A DNA stretch of 64,000 nt, taken from NCBI GenBank assembly GCA_963847625.1, contig CAWKAR010000028.1, positions 32,001 to 96,000 on the forward strand, given 5' to 3'. The notes beneath the pieces are model-generated. The model made no database searches, had not been told where the DNA came from, and worked only from the letters and a program-made list of their open reading frames with translations. The stretch's first letter is position 1; each line of letters opens with the position of its first letter. A program made the position numbers and the translations under genes. Shown here one piece after another: positions 20,410-29,951 of the stretch. This DNA is from a candidate division FCPU426 bacterium. Its GTDB lineage: Bacteria > Oederibacteriota > Muellerivitia > Muellerivitales > Muellerivitaceae.

Positions 20410-21777
20410 TTATAAGCGGCCCAATTCCCAGCGGAGGGCTTGTTCCAGGTCGGGATAGAGGAAAGTAAAACCATCCTGGGTCAAACGGGAAGGCATGACC
20501 TTCTGGCTCTCCAGAAGCAAAGTCTCCCCCATTTCCCCAAACAACGCCTTAACCACGCTCCCGGGCATGGATAACAACGAAGGCCGGCTCATGACCTTTC
20601 CGAGGATTTTCACGAAATCCCCGTTTCTCACGGGATTGGGAGCGGTGGCGTTGACCGGGCCCGAGAGATTTTCGGAATAGATCAAATGATGGATGACTCC
20701 GATAAGGTCCTCCATGGAAATCCAACTCATCCATTGATTCCCTTTCCCAATGGCCCCTCCCAATCCCCGCCGAAGGGGCGCAAGCATCTTGGGTAAGGCG
20801 CCACCCAAGGGGGATAATACAATTCCGGTACGCAGATGCGCGACCGCGATGCCGGCTTTTCGGGCGGGTTCCGCGGCGTCTTCCCACTCCTGGCAGACTT
20901 CCGGCAGGAATCCCCGCCCCGCGGGGCTTTCCTCGGTCAACTCCTCATCTTCCCTGTTTCCGTAATAACCGATGGCGGAAGCCACGATCAGGACCTTAGG
21001 CGGGTTCCTCAGTCCGGCGAGGACTTCAGCCAGAAAGCGGGTGCCTTTCACGCGGCTATTCCGGATTTCATCTTTTTTATTCTTCGTCCACTTCCCCGCG
21101 CCGATATTCTCGCCCGCCAGATGGATCACCGCGTCGTGGCCTTCCATCTCATTGGGGGCCAACTGCCGGCTGTAGGGATCCCAAAAGATTTCGCTGCTTT
21201 CGGGTTTCGGCATGCGGCGGACCAGGTGCCGGACCAGGTGGCCGGCGCAATTGAGGAACAGGTCCAACTCGGAGCCGATCAACCCGGAGGCTCCGCTGAT
21301 GGCGATCTTCAAAAGCCCCCTGTCCGAGAAGGGGAAGTAACGGCTCAAGTCATTCTGGGTGCGCTGGTGGCGGAAATTGAAAAGCCGGTCCAGTTTTTTC
21401 CCGACGATTCCCCCCATGGCCAATACGCCCAACGGCCCCAGGGGCGGCTCATACTCGACCCGGTCGGTGATGAGGCAGGTGTTATCGGTTTCCGGCAGGA
21501 ATTGGTGGGTATGGGTCCATTTCGGGAGAGGGGCCTGCACCGTCTCGTCGCATAGGAGTTTTCCCCCGGAAAAGTCGCTTTGGATTCCCACCAAGCGGCG
21601 GGTGAACAGGCCATGGCGGTTCTCCAAAATCAGGCGGCCGACATCCGACGATCCGACGGAAGGATGGTATTTTTCCAAAGGGAAGCTTAAACGCCGGAAA
21701 ACGGAAAGCCGGTTGTGCCAGGAAAATAGAACCTTGGCCGAGGCATCGATACGGGTTTTTTTTACGAAATAAAGCAT
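20410..21777 (-). CDS. TIGR01777-family NAD-dependent epimerase with N-terminal SRPBCC domain
   Basis: WTHTHQF...DRVEY..P...LFNFRH (SRPBCC), then IAISGASGLIG, HLAGENI, SAIGYYG, LRTGIVLS, GPVNATAPNPV. Confidence 0.9.
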   Translation of the reverse strand: MLYFVKKTRIDASAKVLFSWHNRLSVFRRLSFPLEKYHPSVGSSDVGRLILENRHGLFTRRLVGIQSDFSGGKLLCDETVQAPLPKWTHTHQFLPETDNTCLITDRVEYEPPLGPLGVLAMGGIVGKKLDRLFNFRHQRTQNDLSRYFPFSDRGLLKIAISGASGLIGSELDLFLNCAGHLVRHLVRRMPKPESSEIFWDPYSRQLAPNEMEGHDAVIHLAGENIGAGKWTKNKKDEIRNSRVKGTRFLAEVLAGLRNPPKVLIVASAIGYYGNREDEELTEESPAGRGFLPEVCQEWEDAAEPARKAGIAVAHLRTGIVLSPLGGALPKMLAPLRRGLGGAIGKGNQWMSWISMEDLIGVIHHLIYSENLSGPVNATAPNPVRNGDFVKILGKVMSRPSLLSMPGSVVKALFGEMGETLLLESQKVMPSRLTQDGFTFLYPDLEQALRWELGRL

Positions 21778-21996
21778 AGCTTCCAGGCTCCGAATCCCGC
21801 CCCATTTTTCGGGTCAAGTTGAAAAAAGAATCGCCATCCGGCATCAACCGGATGGCGATGTTTGTGATTATAGCGGAAATCCTATAGGACCGCTCCTTTG
21901 CTTTCCCTTTTTGAGGTTGAGAAGCTCCTGGAGGCGGTCTTTCCCAGGAAGAATTCTTCACACGCTACCGGGGTAAAGGATGCACCTCAATCGGTA

Positions 21997-22554
21997 TTAC
22001 TTCCCGCTGTCGGGGTTGTCCTTTTCACCGGGCGCCGGCTTTTGTCCCTTATTTCCGGCCTTCCGGTTTTTCCATTGTTTTGACCACTTCCCCAACATTT
22101 CCCGTCCTTTTTCCCTCATCCCCAGAACGAACTTCGCCTGCTGGGTGGGGGTCAATATGGAACGAAGCTTGTCCTGCAGCTTCTGACGGTCCTCTTGCAT
22201 TTTCTTTTGATCCGCCCTCAGGGAATCCAAAACCTTTTTCAAATCCCCGTCCGAAGCCTTCGAATCGACCTTTTGTTTCAGGGTATCCATGTCTATTTTC
22301 ATCTGGTCCCATACCAGTTTCATGTCATCCTTTTGTTTTTGAAACAGGGCCTTTAACTGGCCGGCCTGCGCGTCGCTAAGTTCCAATTTTTCCTTCCACT
22401 TGTCGATGTGCCCGCCCATTCCTCCCATTAAATCCTGGGACATTCCCGCTTGTGCCTCTTCCCCGGCCGGGGCCGGTTTGCCGGCCCAAGCCATCAGGGT
22501 TGGCCCTAACAGTAGTGCCGTAAAGACTCCGGCCCATATCGTTGTCTTATTCAT
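21997..22554 (-). CDS. Spy/CpxP-family periplasmic chaperone
   Basis: Signal peptide; LELSDAQ and ILTPTQQAKF LTxxQ motifs; helical and Met/Lys-rich. Confidence 0.8.
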   Translation of the reverse strand: MNKTTIWAGVFTALLLGPTLMAWAGKPAPAGEEAQAGMSQDLMGGMGGHIDKWKEKLELSDAQAGQLKALFQKQKDDMKLVWDQMKIDMDTLKQKVDSKASDGDLKKVLDSLRADQKKMQEDRQKLQDKLRSILTPTQQAKFVLGMREKGREMLGKWSKQWKNRKAGNKGQKPAPGEKDNPDSGK

Positions 22555-22702
22555 CTTTTTTCTCCTTTGAAAATTTCAACCCGCAAAAAACCCATCATGT
22601 GTTTGAATACGGCTCCTGGGTTTAGACGTTTCCAAATCGGGCGAGTGCCGGCAAACCGTTCCGAGAATTGCAATATTTGTGTGATTTGAGTCTTGGAATA
22701 TA

Positions 22703-23203
22703 TTATTCAGCGATGTACTTTCCGATATTGACCCGGTTGGCAATGGCTCCCTGAACGTATTCTTCGGCTAGCTTGGCTTTGGGTGTGTTGCGCGGCGCCA
22801 GTTCCAGGTACTTTTTCCAGCACTCCACCGCCTTGTCCTTGTATCCCCGGTTCAGGTAGATTCCCCCCAGCGCAAAATGCACGTCGATATGGTTGGGATC
22901 GAGCAGGAATACCCTCTCGTATTCCACCATGGCCTCCTCCCACCACATTTTGGCGTAATAGGCATTGCCGAGGTGGAAATGCGCGGAGGAATTCTCGGGC
23001 CTCAGGGACACGGCCCGTGTGCATTCCTTGACCGATTCATCGTAATGGCCCGTCTTAAACAAGACAATTCCCAGATTCAACTGGGCTGGAAAATAGGTGG
23101 GGTCGAGTTTGAGGGCTTCCCGGTAAAGCTCTTCCGCGCCGGATAAATCCTGTTCCTTATACAGTTGAACAGCTTGCTTGTTGAGTTCCGCAGCGTTGGA
23201 CAT
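22703..23203 (-). CDS. Tetratricopeptide repeat protein
   Basis: About 4 TPRs (ALKLDP...AQLNLG; AHFHLGNAY; VHFALGGIY). Confidence 0.88.
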   Translation of the reverse strand: MSNAAELNKQAVQLYKEQDLSGAEELYREALKLDPTYFPAQLNLGIVLFKTGHYDESVKECTRAVSLRPENSSAHFHLGNAYYAKMWWEEAMVEYERVFLLDPNHIDVHFALGGIYLNRGYKDKAVECWKKYLELAPRNTPKAKLAEEYVQGAIANRVNIGKYIAE

Positions 23204-23287
23204 TCAAACCCCTGACAAAACGGTCGACAGCCGGCGATGGAAGAGTTTAAAACTCGCAGGCGGTAAATCGTTGACTATCGATTGGTT

Positions 23288-24163
23288 TTAAGGAATCACC
23301 TTATTGAGGGGATATTCCACGATCCCCTCGGCGCCTTCGTCCTTGAGCTTGGGAATGATCTCGCGAACGATCTTTTCGTCCACTACCGTATCCACGTCCA
23401 CCCAGTCCTTGTCGGTGAGGTCCGCGATGGTGGGGGAATTCATGGCCGGAAGGACCTTCAGCACCTTCTTCAATTTGGCGCGCGGGACGTTCATCTTCAG
23501 TCCCACCTTTTCCTCAGCCGCCAAGGCCCCCTTCAAGAGCAGGACCATATCCCCCGCCTTCTTCCTCTTCCAAGCGTTGGCCCAGGAGGCCTTATTGGCA
23601 ATCACCACGGTGTTGGATTCCAGCACCGTTTCCAGGATTACCAGATTGTTGGCCTTGAGGGAGGACCCCGTCTCGGTCACCTCGATGATGGCATCAGCCA
23701 ATTCGGGCGGTTTGGCCTCGGTGGCTCCCCAGGAAAATTCCACTTGCGCCTTCACGCCTTTCTTTTTCAAATACTCCCTGGATACGTTCACCAGTTCGGT
23801 GGCGATCTTCTTTCCTTGGAGATCCTTGGCCGACTTGATCTTCGATCCGGCGGGCACGGCCAGCACCCAACGCACAGGACGAAGCCCTTGTTTCGCGTAG
23901 ATGAGTTCGGCCACTTCCACCACGTCCGAACTGTTTTCCCTCACCCAATCCCTTCCGGTGATGCCGATATCCAGTGTGCCGTCCTCCACATACCGGCTCA
24001 TTTCCTGCGCCCGAATGAGCATGGGTTTCATTTCGGGATCGTCGACGGAGGGAAAGTAGGAGCGCGATGTGGACGAGATCTTATAACCCGCCTTGGCGAA
24101 GAGGTGGAATGTGGATTCCTGGAGACTTCCCTTGGGGAGGCCCAATTTAAGGACGTTGGACAT
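23288..24163 (-). CDS. hisG: ATP phosphoribosyltransferase (long form)
   Basis: Start [49 protein letters not shown]-terminal regulatory domain. Confidence 0.97.
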   Translation of the reverse strand: MSNVLKLGLPKGSLQESTFHLFAKAGYKISSTSRSYFPSVDDPEMKPMLIRAQEMSRYVEDGTLDIGITGRDWVRENSSDVVEVAELIYAKQGLRPVRWVLAVPAGSKIKSAKDLQGKKIATELVNVSREYLKKKGVKAQVEFSWGATEAKPPELADAIIEVTETGSSLKANNLVILETVLESNTVVIANKASWANAWKRKKAGDMVLLLKGALAAEEKVGLKMNVPRAKLKKVLKVLPAMNSPTIADLTDKDWVDVDTVVDEKIVREIIPKLKDEGAEGIVEYPLNKVIP

Positions 24164-24557
24164 TTCTTCATTCCTTTGGAACGTAGTTTCCGCAAAATCC
24201 CAAGATATTAAACAGTGACTCCGGGGGTTCTTCGCGCCCCCGTGACGGAATTGAAGTTTCGTTGATGCCACTTAATTTAACAGCCTGTTTCAAGCTTTGG
24301 CAAGGTTTGTTTGGCGGTTGAGTATTTGAATTCCTCATGCGCCAGATTGTATTAAAAGCAAAGACTTCCTCCTCCATGCGATTAAAAGGGATAAACCGTT
24401 GATTTTCCCAAGCGCCTTTTGTTTGCCCAAGAATTGATTATTTTAAACGGTGGTTAAATGCCTGTTTGTTACGGACATTTAACGATACCCGAACCTTTAA
24501 CACTGGCCGATGCTTTTGGTATGCTAGCCCCTCAAACGTCCGAGGAGAAAAAAGCTC

Positions 24558-25649
24558 TTGGAAACAATTGCCGACTTTTACAACCTAACCCGCGAGGAAA
24601 TAACCGGCCTGTTAATGAAATGGGGGTCCCCCCGTTATACAGGGGGCCAGGTTTTCCAGTGGCTTTACCGGAAAAAAGCCGGAAGCTTCGGGGAAATGTC
24701 CGACCTGCCCAAGAGCCTGCGGGAGGAACTCTCCTCAAAAGCGCTTCTCACCCCCCTGGCGCCGGTGGAGAAACAGGTGTCCTCGGACGGCACGCTCAAG
24801 TATCTTTGGAGGCTGGGGCCCGATTCCCAGGGCCGGTCGCCACTGGTGGAAAGCGTACTCCTTCCCATGTCGCAGGAGGAGGGCGGGGATCCCGGCTATT
24901 ACACGCACTGCCTTTCCACCCAGGTCGGGTGCCGCATGAAATGCGCCTTTTGCGCCACGGGGGTTCCCAAGTTCCGTCGGAACCTCTCCACGGGCAAGAT
25001 CATCGCCCAAATTCTCGGTATGGAACGGGACTCCAATATCCGGTTCAACAACGTGGTAGTCATGGGTATGGGCGAGCCCCTGGACAATTACGAGGCCACG
25101 GAAAAGGCCATGCGCATCCTGCATGATCCCGAGGGCCTGGGACTGGGCCGGCGCCGGATCACCCTTTCCACTTCGGGCCTGATGGAACCCCTGAAGCGCT
25201 TCATCAAGGACGATTGGCCGGTTTCCCTGGCTCTTTCCCTTCACAGCGCGGACCAGGAAGTCCGCGACCGTCTCATGCCCGTCAGCCGGTCCAACCCCCT
25301 GAGCCGGTTGAAAAAACTGCTTCGGCAGTTCACCTTTGTGCGGCGCCTGCCTGTCACCCTGGAGTACATCCTGCTGAAGGGGGTTAACGACCGTCCCCAG
25401 GACGCGGAAAAGCTGGCCGCCTACTGCAAGGACCTGCTTTGCAAGGTGAACCTGATCCGCTACAATCCCGTCCCCTCGCTTCCCTTCGTTTCACCCGGGG
25501 AGGAACAAGTTCAGGCCTTCAAGAATGACTTGAGAAAACGCGGTCTGAAGGTATTTTTAAGGGAAAGAAAAGGCGCGGATATCGCGGCGGCCTGCGGCCA
25601 GTTGGGGTTTGAGAACGCCTCCGTGGCCCAAAAACAAGGCAGGTCCTGA
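24558..25649 (+). CDS. rlmN: 23S rRNA/tRNA m2A methyltransferase RlmN
   Basis: CLSTQVGCRMKCAFCATG, VMGMGEPLDN, SLHS, EYILLKGVND, DIAAACGQL. Confidence 0.96.
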   Translation: METIADFYNLTREEITGLLMKWGSPRYTGGQVFQWLYRKKAGSFGEMSDLPKSLREELSSKALLTPLAPVEKQVSSDGTLKYLWRLGPDSQGRSPLVESVLLPMSQEEGGDPGYYTHCLSTQVGCRMKCAFCATGVPKFRRNLSTGKIIAQILGMERDSNIRFNNVVVMGMGEPLDNYEATEKAMRILHDPEGLGLGRRRITLSTSGLMEPLKRFIKDDWPVSLALSLHSADQEVRDRLMPVSRSNPLSRLKKLLRQFTFVRRLPVTLEYILLKGVNDRPQDAEKLAAYCKDLLCKVNLIRYNPVPSLPFVSPGEEQVQAFKNDLRKRGLKVFLRERKGADIAAACGQLGFENASVAQKQGRS

Positions 25650-25650
25650 A

Positions 25651-26634
25651 ATGCAACCACCAACCCCGTATGGTTCCTGGACACCCGCCGAGAAAAGATT
25701 GCTTCAAAAAGCCCTGGTCCTTTTAGGCGGGTTCACCCTCATCACCCTCATCGCCGGTTCGGGCGCCATGTTTTTCATGAGGCGTCACCAACCCATGATC
25801 GTGCCGAAAATCATCGGCCTCGACCAGACCCAGGCGGAAAAGTTGGTGTCGTCCAAGGGTCTGGGGCTAAAAATCATCCGTTCCCAATACGATGAGCACG
25901 TGCCAGCCGGGCTGGTGAGCGAGCAGATTCCAAAGGCCAACAACTACGCCAAAAGGGGCCAGGTGATGGAAGCGGTCATCAGCAAGGGGAATCCCATGGT
26001 CAAGATCCCCCAGGTCGCGGGGATGTCCTTCCAAGAGGCTCAAATCCAGCTCGCGGCGAACCGCTTGAGGGTGGGCCGCGAATCCATGATTTCAACCCTG
26101 TCCGAACCCAAGGATTCGGTCATGGCCCAGGTTCCCGAACCCGGGACAACGGTGGAATCCTTCTCGGAAGTGGATCTGCTGGTATCCGCCGGGCCGCAAG
26201 ACCCGGCTTACGTGATGCCGGACATGAAAAATCAGCCGTTGGAAAAGGCCTTCAAGGCGTTGAGACCCGTTGGCATCACCATCGAGAAAATCACCAGCGA
26301 AGTCCACGACGACCTGGACTCGGAAATCATCCTTTCCCAAACGCCCGCCGCCGGGGTCAAGATCCAGCCCAAGGATTCCGTTTCCTTCGTGGTCAGCGCC
26401 AAGTCCGGCGAGGGGGACCTCAAGGCCCGTTACGCCAAGGTTTCCTACGACATGCCCGAAGGCAGCCCCAAACGCCTGCAGATCGACGTCTTCGACAGCT
26501 CCGGCACCCGCACCATCTATAACCGGATGGAATCACCCAAGGACCACGTGGAAGTGGGTGTCAGCGTGACCGGCAAGGCCTCTGCGCAGATCTACCTCAA
26601 CCAGCAGTTCATGAAGGAAATACCCATTGACTGA
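25651..26634 (+). CDS. Membrane-anchored triple-PASTA domain protein (no kinase or PBP domain)
   Basis: One N-terminal TM; repeats VPKIIG..., IPQVAG..., MPDMKN... each with a Q.P..G motif. Confidence 0.88.
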   Translation: MQPPTPYGSWTPAEKRLLQKALVLLGGFTLITLIAGSGAMFFMRRHQPMIVPKIIGLDQTQAEKLVSSKGLGLKIIRSQYDEHVPAGLVSEQIPKANNYAKRGQVMEAVISKGNPMVKIPQVAGMSFQEAQIQLAANRLRVGRESMISTLSEPKDSVMAQVPEPGTTVESFSEVDLLVSAGPQDPAYVMPDMKNQPLEKAFKALRPVGITIEKITSEVHDDLDSEIILSQTPAAGVKIQPKDSVSFVVSAKSGEGDLKARYAKVSYDMPEGSPKRLQIDVFDSSGTRTIYNRMESPKDHVEVGVSVTGKASAQIYLNQQFMKEIPID

Positions 26635-26666
26635 CGAAACGGAAACTTTTGGGAGGATCAAACCTC

Positions 26667-28049
26667 CTAGATCAACGGGCCCAAAACCCTTCCCAGGCCC
26701 TCGGCCAGGTCCCGCCAATAACCCACCTTGGATTCGGGCTTTCCCGCTTCTTGGAACTGTTTTTGGAACCAATGTTCCAAAGCTTCCAAGGGAGCACCTG
26801 AGCGGATCATGACACCAACCTCGTAATTCAAGAGGAGGCTCCTCATATCGAAATTGGCCGAACCCAGGATGGCGTATTTCCCATCCACCAACACGGCTTT
26901 GGCGTGCATCATTCTCTCGACCAGCGCTGTTTGGCAGCCCGACTTCAGGAGATCCCGCAGGTAAGTTCCCCGGGCCAGGTCAGCGAGGAAATGGTTCGAT
27001 TTCCGCGGAACCAACACCCGCACGTCGACGCCCCTCCGGGCCGCCAGTTTCAACGCCATGTTCAGGGCGTCATCCGGGATGAAGTAAGGGGTGGCGATCC
27101 AGATTCTTTTCGACGCCTGGTAGATCAGGGAGATCAGGGTGTCGTAAAGGGGGTCCCATAGGACGTCCGGCCCCGCGGCGATGACCTGCAGATTGGATTC
27201 CCCGGGCGCCTCCGGGCCCTCCGTTGTTTCCCGGCCCGGCTTTTCCCCCGTGGCGAACTTCCAGTCCTCACTGAAAATGGCTTCCATGTCCCGGACACAG
27301 GAACCCTCGGCCTCCAGACAAAGGTCAATCCAGCGGCCGGGATCGGGCGTGGGTCCGATGTATTCTTTCGCGATATTCATTCCACCCAGTAGGGCTTTCT
27401 GAGAGTCGACTATCAGGAGTTTCCGGTGGTAGCGCAAGTTGGCCCTTCCCCGCAGGGGCATGTGGATGACGGGGTTGAAAAAAACGGCCTGACCCCCTTT
27501 TGACCTTAATCCTTTAAAGGAAGGGTGTCTCACCATGAAAGAACCTAGCGAATCCAAAAGCAAGCGCACCTGGACTCCCTGCTCCGCCTTTTTTTCAAGG
27601 AGTTCCGTAAGAGCCCGTCCCACCGGATCATCAGCAAAAATAAAAGTCGTCAGATGGATCCTATGGCGGGCCGACTCGATGAGTTCGACGATTTCCGCGT
27701 AGGCATCCTCCCCCTTCAGGATCAACCGGGCTTTTTGCCCGGGCCAGGCCGGAGGCAGGCCCAACCCGGCCAGGAGCTTATCCACCATGCCCTCCTGCCG
27801 GGGGATTTCCTCAGGATTGGGCTGATACAAGGTCTTCTTCCTGCGCAAACGGGTCTGAAACTTACGGTCAGCCAGGAGGACGTAAAGAGGTATCCCGATA
27901 TAAGGGACCAGCACGATGAATAACAGCCAGGCCAGGGTATTGCCGGGAGGACGTTTGGAACGCAGGACGAAAGACACGAAGAGGATAGTCAAAAGAAAAA
28001 TCAGGATCAGGAAAATTTGACCCAAAGGCCAGGTGAATACTCTCGGCAT
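26667..28049 (-). CDS. cls: Cardiolipin synthase (PLD family)
   Basis: Two N-terminal TMs; HRKLLIVD...GGMN and HAKAVLVD...GSANFDMRS HKD motifs. Confidence 0.93.
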   Translation of the reverse strand: MPRVFTWPLGQIFLILIFLLTILFVSFVLRSKRPPGNTLAWLLFIVLVPYIGIPLYVLLADRKFQTRLRRKKTLYQPNPEEIPRQEGMVDKLLAGLGLPPAWPGQKARLILKGEDAYAEIVELIESARHRIHLTTFIFADDPVGRALTELLEKKAEQGVQVRLLLDSLGSFMVRHPSFKGLRSKGGQAVFFNPVIHMPLRGRANLRYHRKLLIVDSQKALLGGMNIAKEYIGPTPDPGRWIDLCLEAEGSCVRDMEAIFSEDWKFATGEKPGRETTEGPEAPGESNLQVIAAGPDVLWDPLYDTLISLIYQASKRIWIATPYFIPDDALNMALKLAARRGVDVRVLVPRKSNHFLADLARGTYLRDLLKSGCQTALVERMMHAKAVLVDGKYAILGSANFDMRSLLLNYEVGVMIRSGAPLEALEHWFQKQFQEAGKPESKVGYWRDLAEGLGRVLGPLI

Positions 28050-28285
28050 TAAAACCCCCGGAAAAGAAGAATGTTAATATGGCCGTTACAGCTTCACTAT
28101 TATCGCCAAAGGCCGGGGTGTTTGCACCAGGTGAAAAGAGTACCCATTTGCAAATTAAGAACAGATTGGGTATGAAAATGAAAGTGAGGGGAATCCAGCG
28201 AAATCATCCAGGATGCCTGAACGCTTTCCCTGGATTCGCGAAGAAGAAAGAAAGATTGAAAAGAAAACCGGCTCTGGGCTGATTT

Positions 28286-28660
28286 TTATAAGGCGAAAAC
28301 GCTATTTCCCGTTCCGGCATGATTGTTCTTGGCGCGGGCTTCCTTTTCCATTTCCATATCCAAACGGACATGGTAAAGATTCCGGGAAGATTCGATAACC
28401 AGGTGCATCAGTTTCAACAGGATATGTTCGCAAGCACTCCCCGAATCGAGCTGATGTCCCAAATTGTGAAGCTCCTCCAAGACGGGCCCCGCCCATTGAA
28501 TCCGGCGTTCCTTCGCCTTTACGGCCCAGGCTTCCATGTTTTTCATGAAAGCCCTGAGTTCCAGGGAATTGCCGGCGTTGTTCAAGGCCACCTGCGTGCC
28601 CAGGGTATTCAGGTCTTTTTCCATCTGCTCGAGCCACTCATCCGGAGTGAGGTTCATCAC
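28286..28660 (-). CDS. Hypothetical helical protein
   Basis: 124-aa ORF, GGGAG RBS, amphipathic helices; co-oriented with neighbours. Confidence 0.55.
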   Translation of the reverse strand: MMNLTPDEWLEQMEKDLNTLGTQVALNNAGNSLELRAFMKNMEAWAVKAKERRIQWAGPVLEELHNLGHQLDSGSACEHILLKLMHLVIESSRNLYHVRLDMEMEKEARAKNNHAGTGNSVFAL

Positions 28661-28782
28661 ACTCTCCCATTTTGATTTTTACCGAAAGCCCCTTCGGTGC
28701 CACAAAAAACAAGACCTGAAACCAAAAATGCCTTTGTTTCACTTTGGCCCACTTGGTGTTAAACAGGTTTTGCCGCAAATTT

Positions 28783-29253
28783 TTAAGGTTCTTGGAGACC
28801 TAACAAGACACGGACCAAATCGGATGCCTCCTTCACCGGTACGGTCTTGTCCACAAACCAGGTTTCACGGTCCTCCTTGAATTCCAGCAAGAGTTGCGGC
28901 GTGATATTTCCGGTCAAGGCAAGGATGGGTTTACCCGGAATCCTGATAACAGCCCTCGCTTCCTTCAGGAAGACGTCTCCGGTTAACCCCTGGGTTTCCA
29001 GATCCAGGACAATGAGGTCAAAATTTTCTTTAATCATGGTTAACAGGGCGGGACCCACCTTGGATATTTCAAGGATTTCACAGTGACCCAGGGCCCGGTG
29101 GATAAACTTCAAAGCGAAATCCCTGACCTCCTCCCGATCCTGTACCAACAGGATTCGGGGAAACGCTTTATCCCTTGGCTCCCCCTTCACTCGGGTCGGA
29201 GTCTTGGCCAAGCGCTTCGGCGGTTTTTTTTCCTTATCGATATTCACGATCAT
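28783..29253 (-). CDS. Single-domain response regulator (atypical receiver)
   Basis: ILLVQD...FDLIVLDL...G..G...PILALTG...FVDK; GGAGG RBS; ATGA overlap with the upstream ORF. Confidence 0.8.
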   Translation of the reverse strand: MIVNIDKEKKPPKRLAKTPTRVKGEPRDKAFPRILLVQDREEVRDFALKFIHRALGHCEILEISKVGPALLTMIKENFDLIVLDLETQGLTGDVFLKEARAVIRIPGKPILALTGNITPQLLLEFKEDRETWFVDKTVPVKEASDLVRVLLGLQEP

Positions 29254-29702
29254 AACCTTCCTCCCACGGCGCCGAACTGGCTCACCGCATTCTCATCTAC
29301 TCCCGCCGCGACTGTTCCAGGATGCCTGGGCTCTTTCAATTTCTTGGAAACGTGGTTTATCAAATGGATCAGTCGGTTACGGATATCGGACAATGGGAAC
29401 CCCTCCCGGACAAGTTCGTCGATTCGCCGGACCCGCTCCAAAAAAAGAAAGGGCAAAAAGTTTTTCCTTTCAGGGGCCCGGTTCAGCAACCCTTCCATTT
29501 CAAGGCAACCATTCATGAGTTCGCGTTGTTTGGGTTTACTGGCCCAAGACAAGCGTACGGAAAGAGAAACCAAACCCCTGTCCAAATCACTGGAGAAATT
29601 CAAGGTGGGTGTGATCATGGGGCGCTTAAATCTTTCTTTTGAATAGCAATCACCGAGTTTCCTATTGTCAAAGACATATGGTGGGTGTTGGGAGAGAGTC
29701 AT
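29250..29702 (-). CDS. Hypothetical protein (start uncertain)
   Basis: 150-aa ORF just downstream of the sigma-54 promoter, translationally coupled to the receiver gene. Confidence 0.5.
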   Translation of the reverse strand: MTLSQHPPYVFDNRKLGDCYSKERFKRPMITPTLNFSSDLDRGLVSLSVRLSWASKPKQRELMNGCLEMEGLLNRAPERKNFLPFLFLERVRRIDELVREGFPLSDIRNRLIHLINHVSKKLKEPRHPGTVAAGVDENAVSQFGAVGGRL

Positions 29703-29742
29703 GGATTTGGAGTTGAGAAAGTTTTTTCTTTCTATTGATTAA

Positions 29743-29758
29743 AGCAAGTGATATGCCA
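29743..29758 (-). promoter_or_regulatory. Sigma-54 (-24/-12) promoter
   Basis: Minus strand TGGCATATCACTTGCT matches TGGCAyr-N4-TTGCw; AT-rich upstream region; NtrC-type gene immediately upstream. Confidence 0.8.
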
Positions 29759-29951
29759 AGATTTTTAGGATGGAAAACGTTGGAAATATTGAGGTTTTTC
29801 AACAAAAGGAAGTTTAGGTTGGGTTGGTTATTACCCAAAATGAGTAATAACCATTTCAAAGTGAGAATTTAAAAGACAAATCAAAAAACTAGAAAAACTA
29901 GGAAAAATTGGCAATGGTTGAGGTTTATCCGCAGAAAATTTCTTGTTTGTA

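Noticed and set aside
24164..24271. 36-aa N-terminal extension of HisG, or a his attenuator
   Set aside because: Homology starts at MSNVLKLG (24163). A GGGGG/CCCCC hairpin exists but there is no His-rich leader peptide or U-tract.
28687..28702. Second sigma-54 promoter (TGGCACCGAAGGGGCT, minus strand)
   Set aside because: The -12 element is GGGC rather than TTGC; too weak to call.
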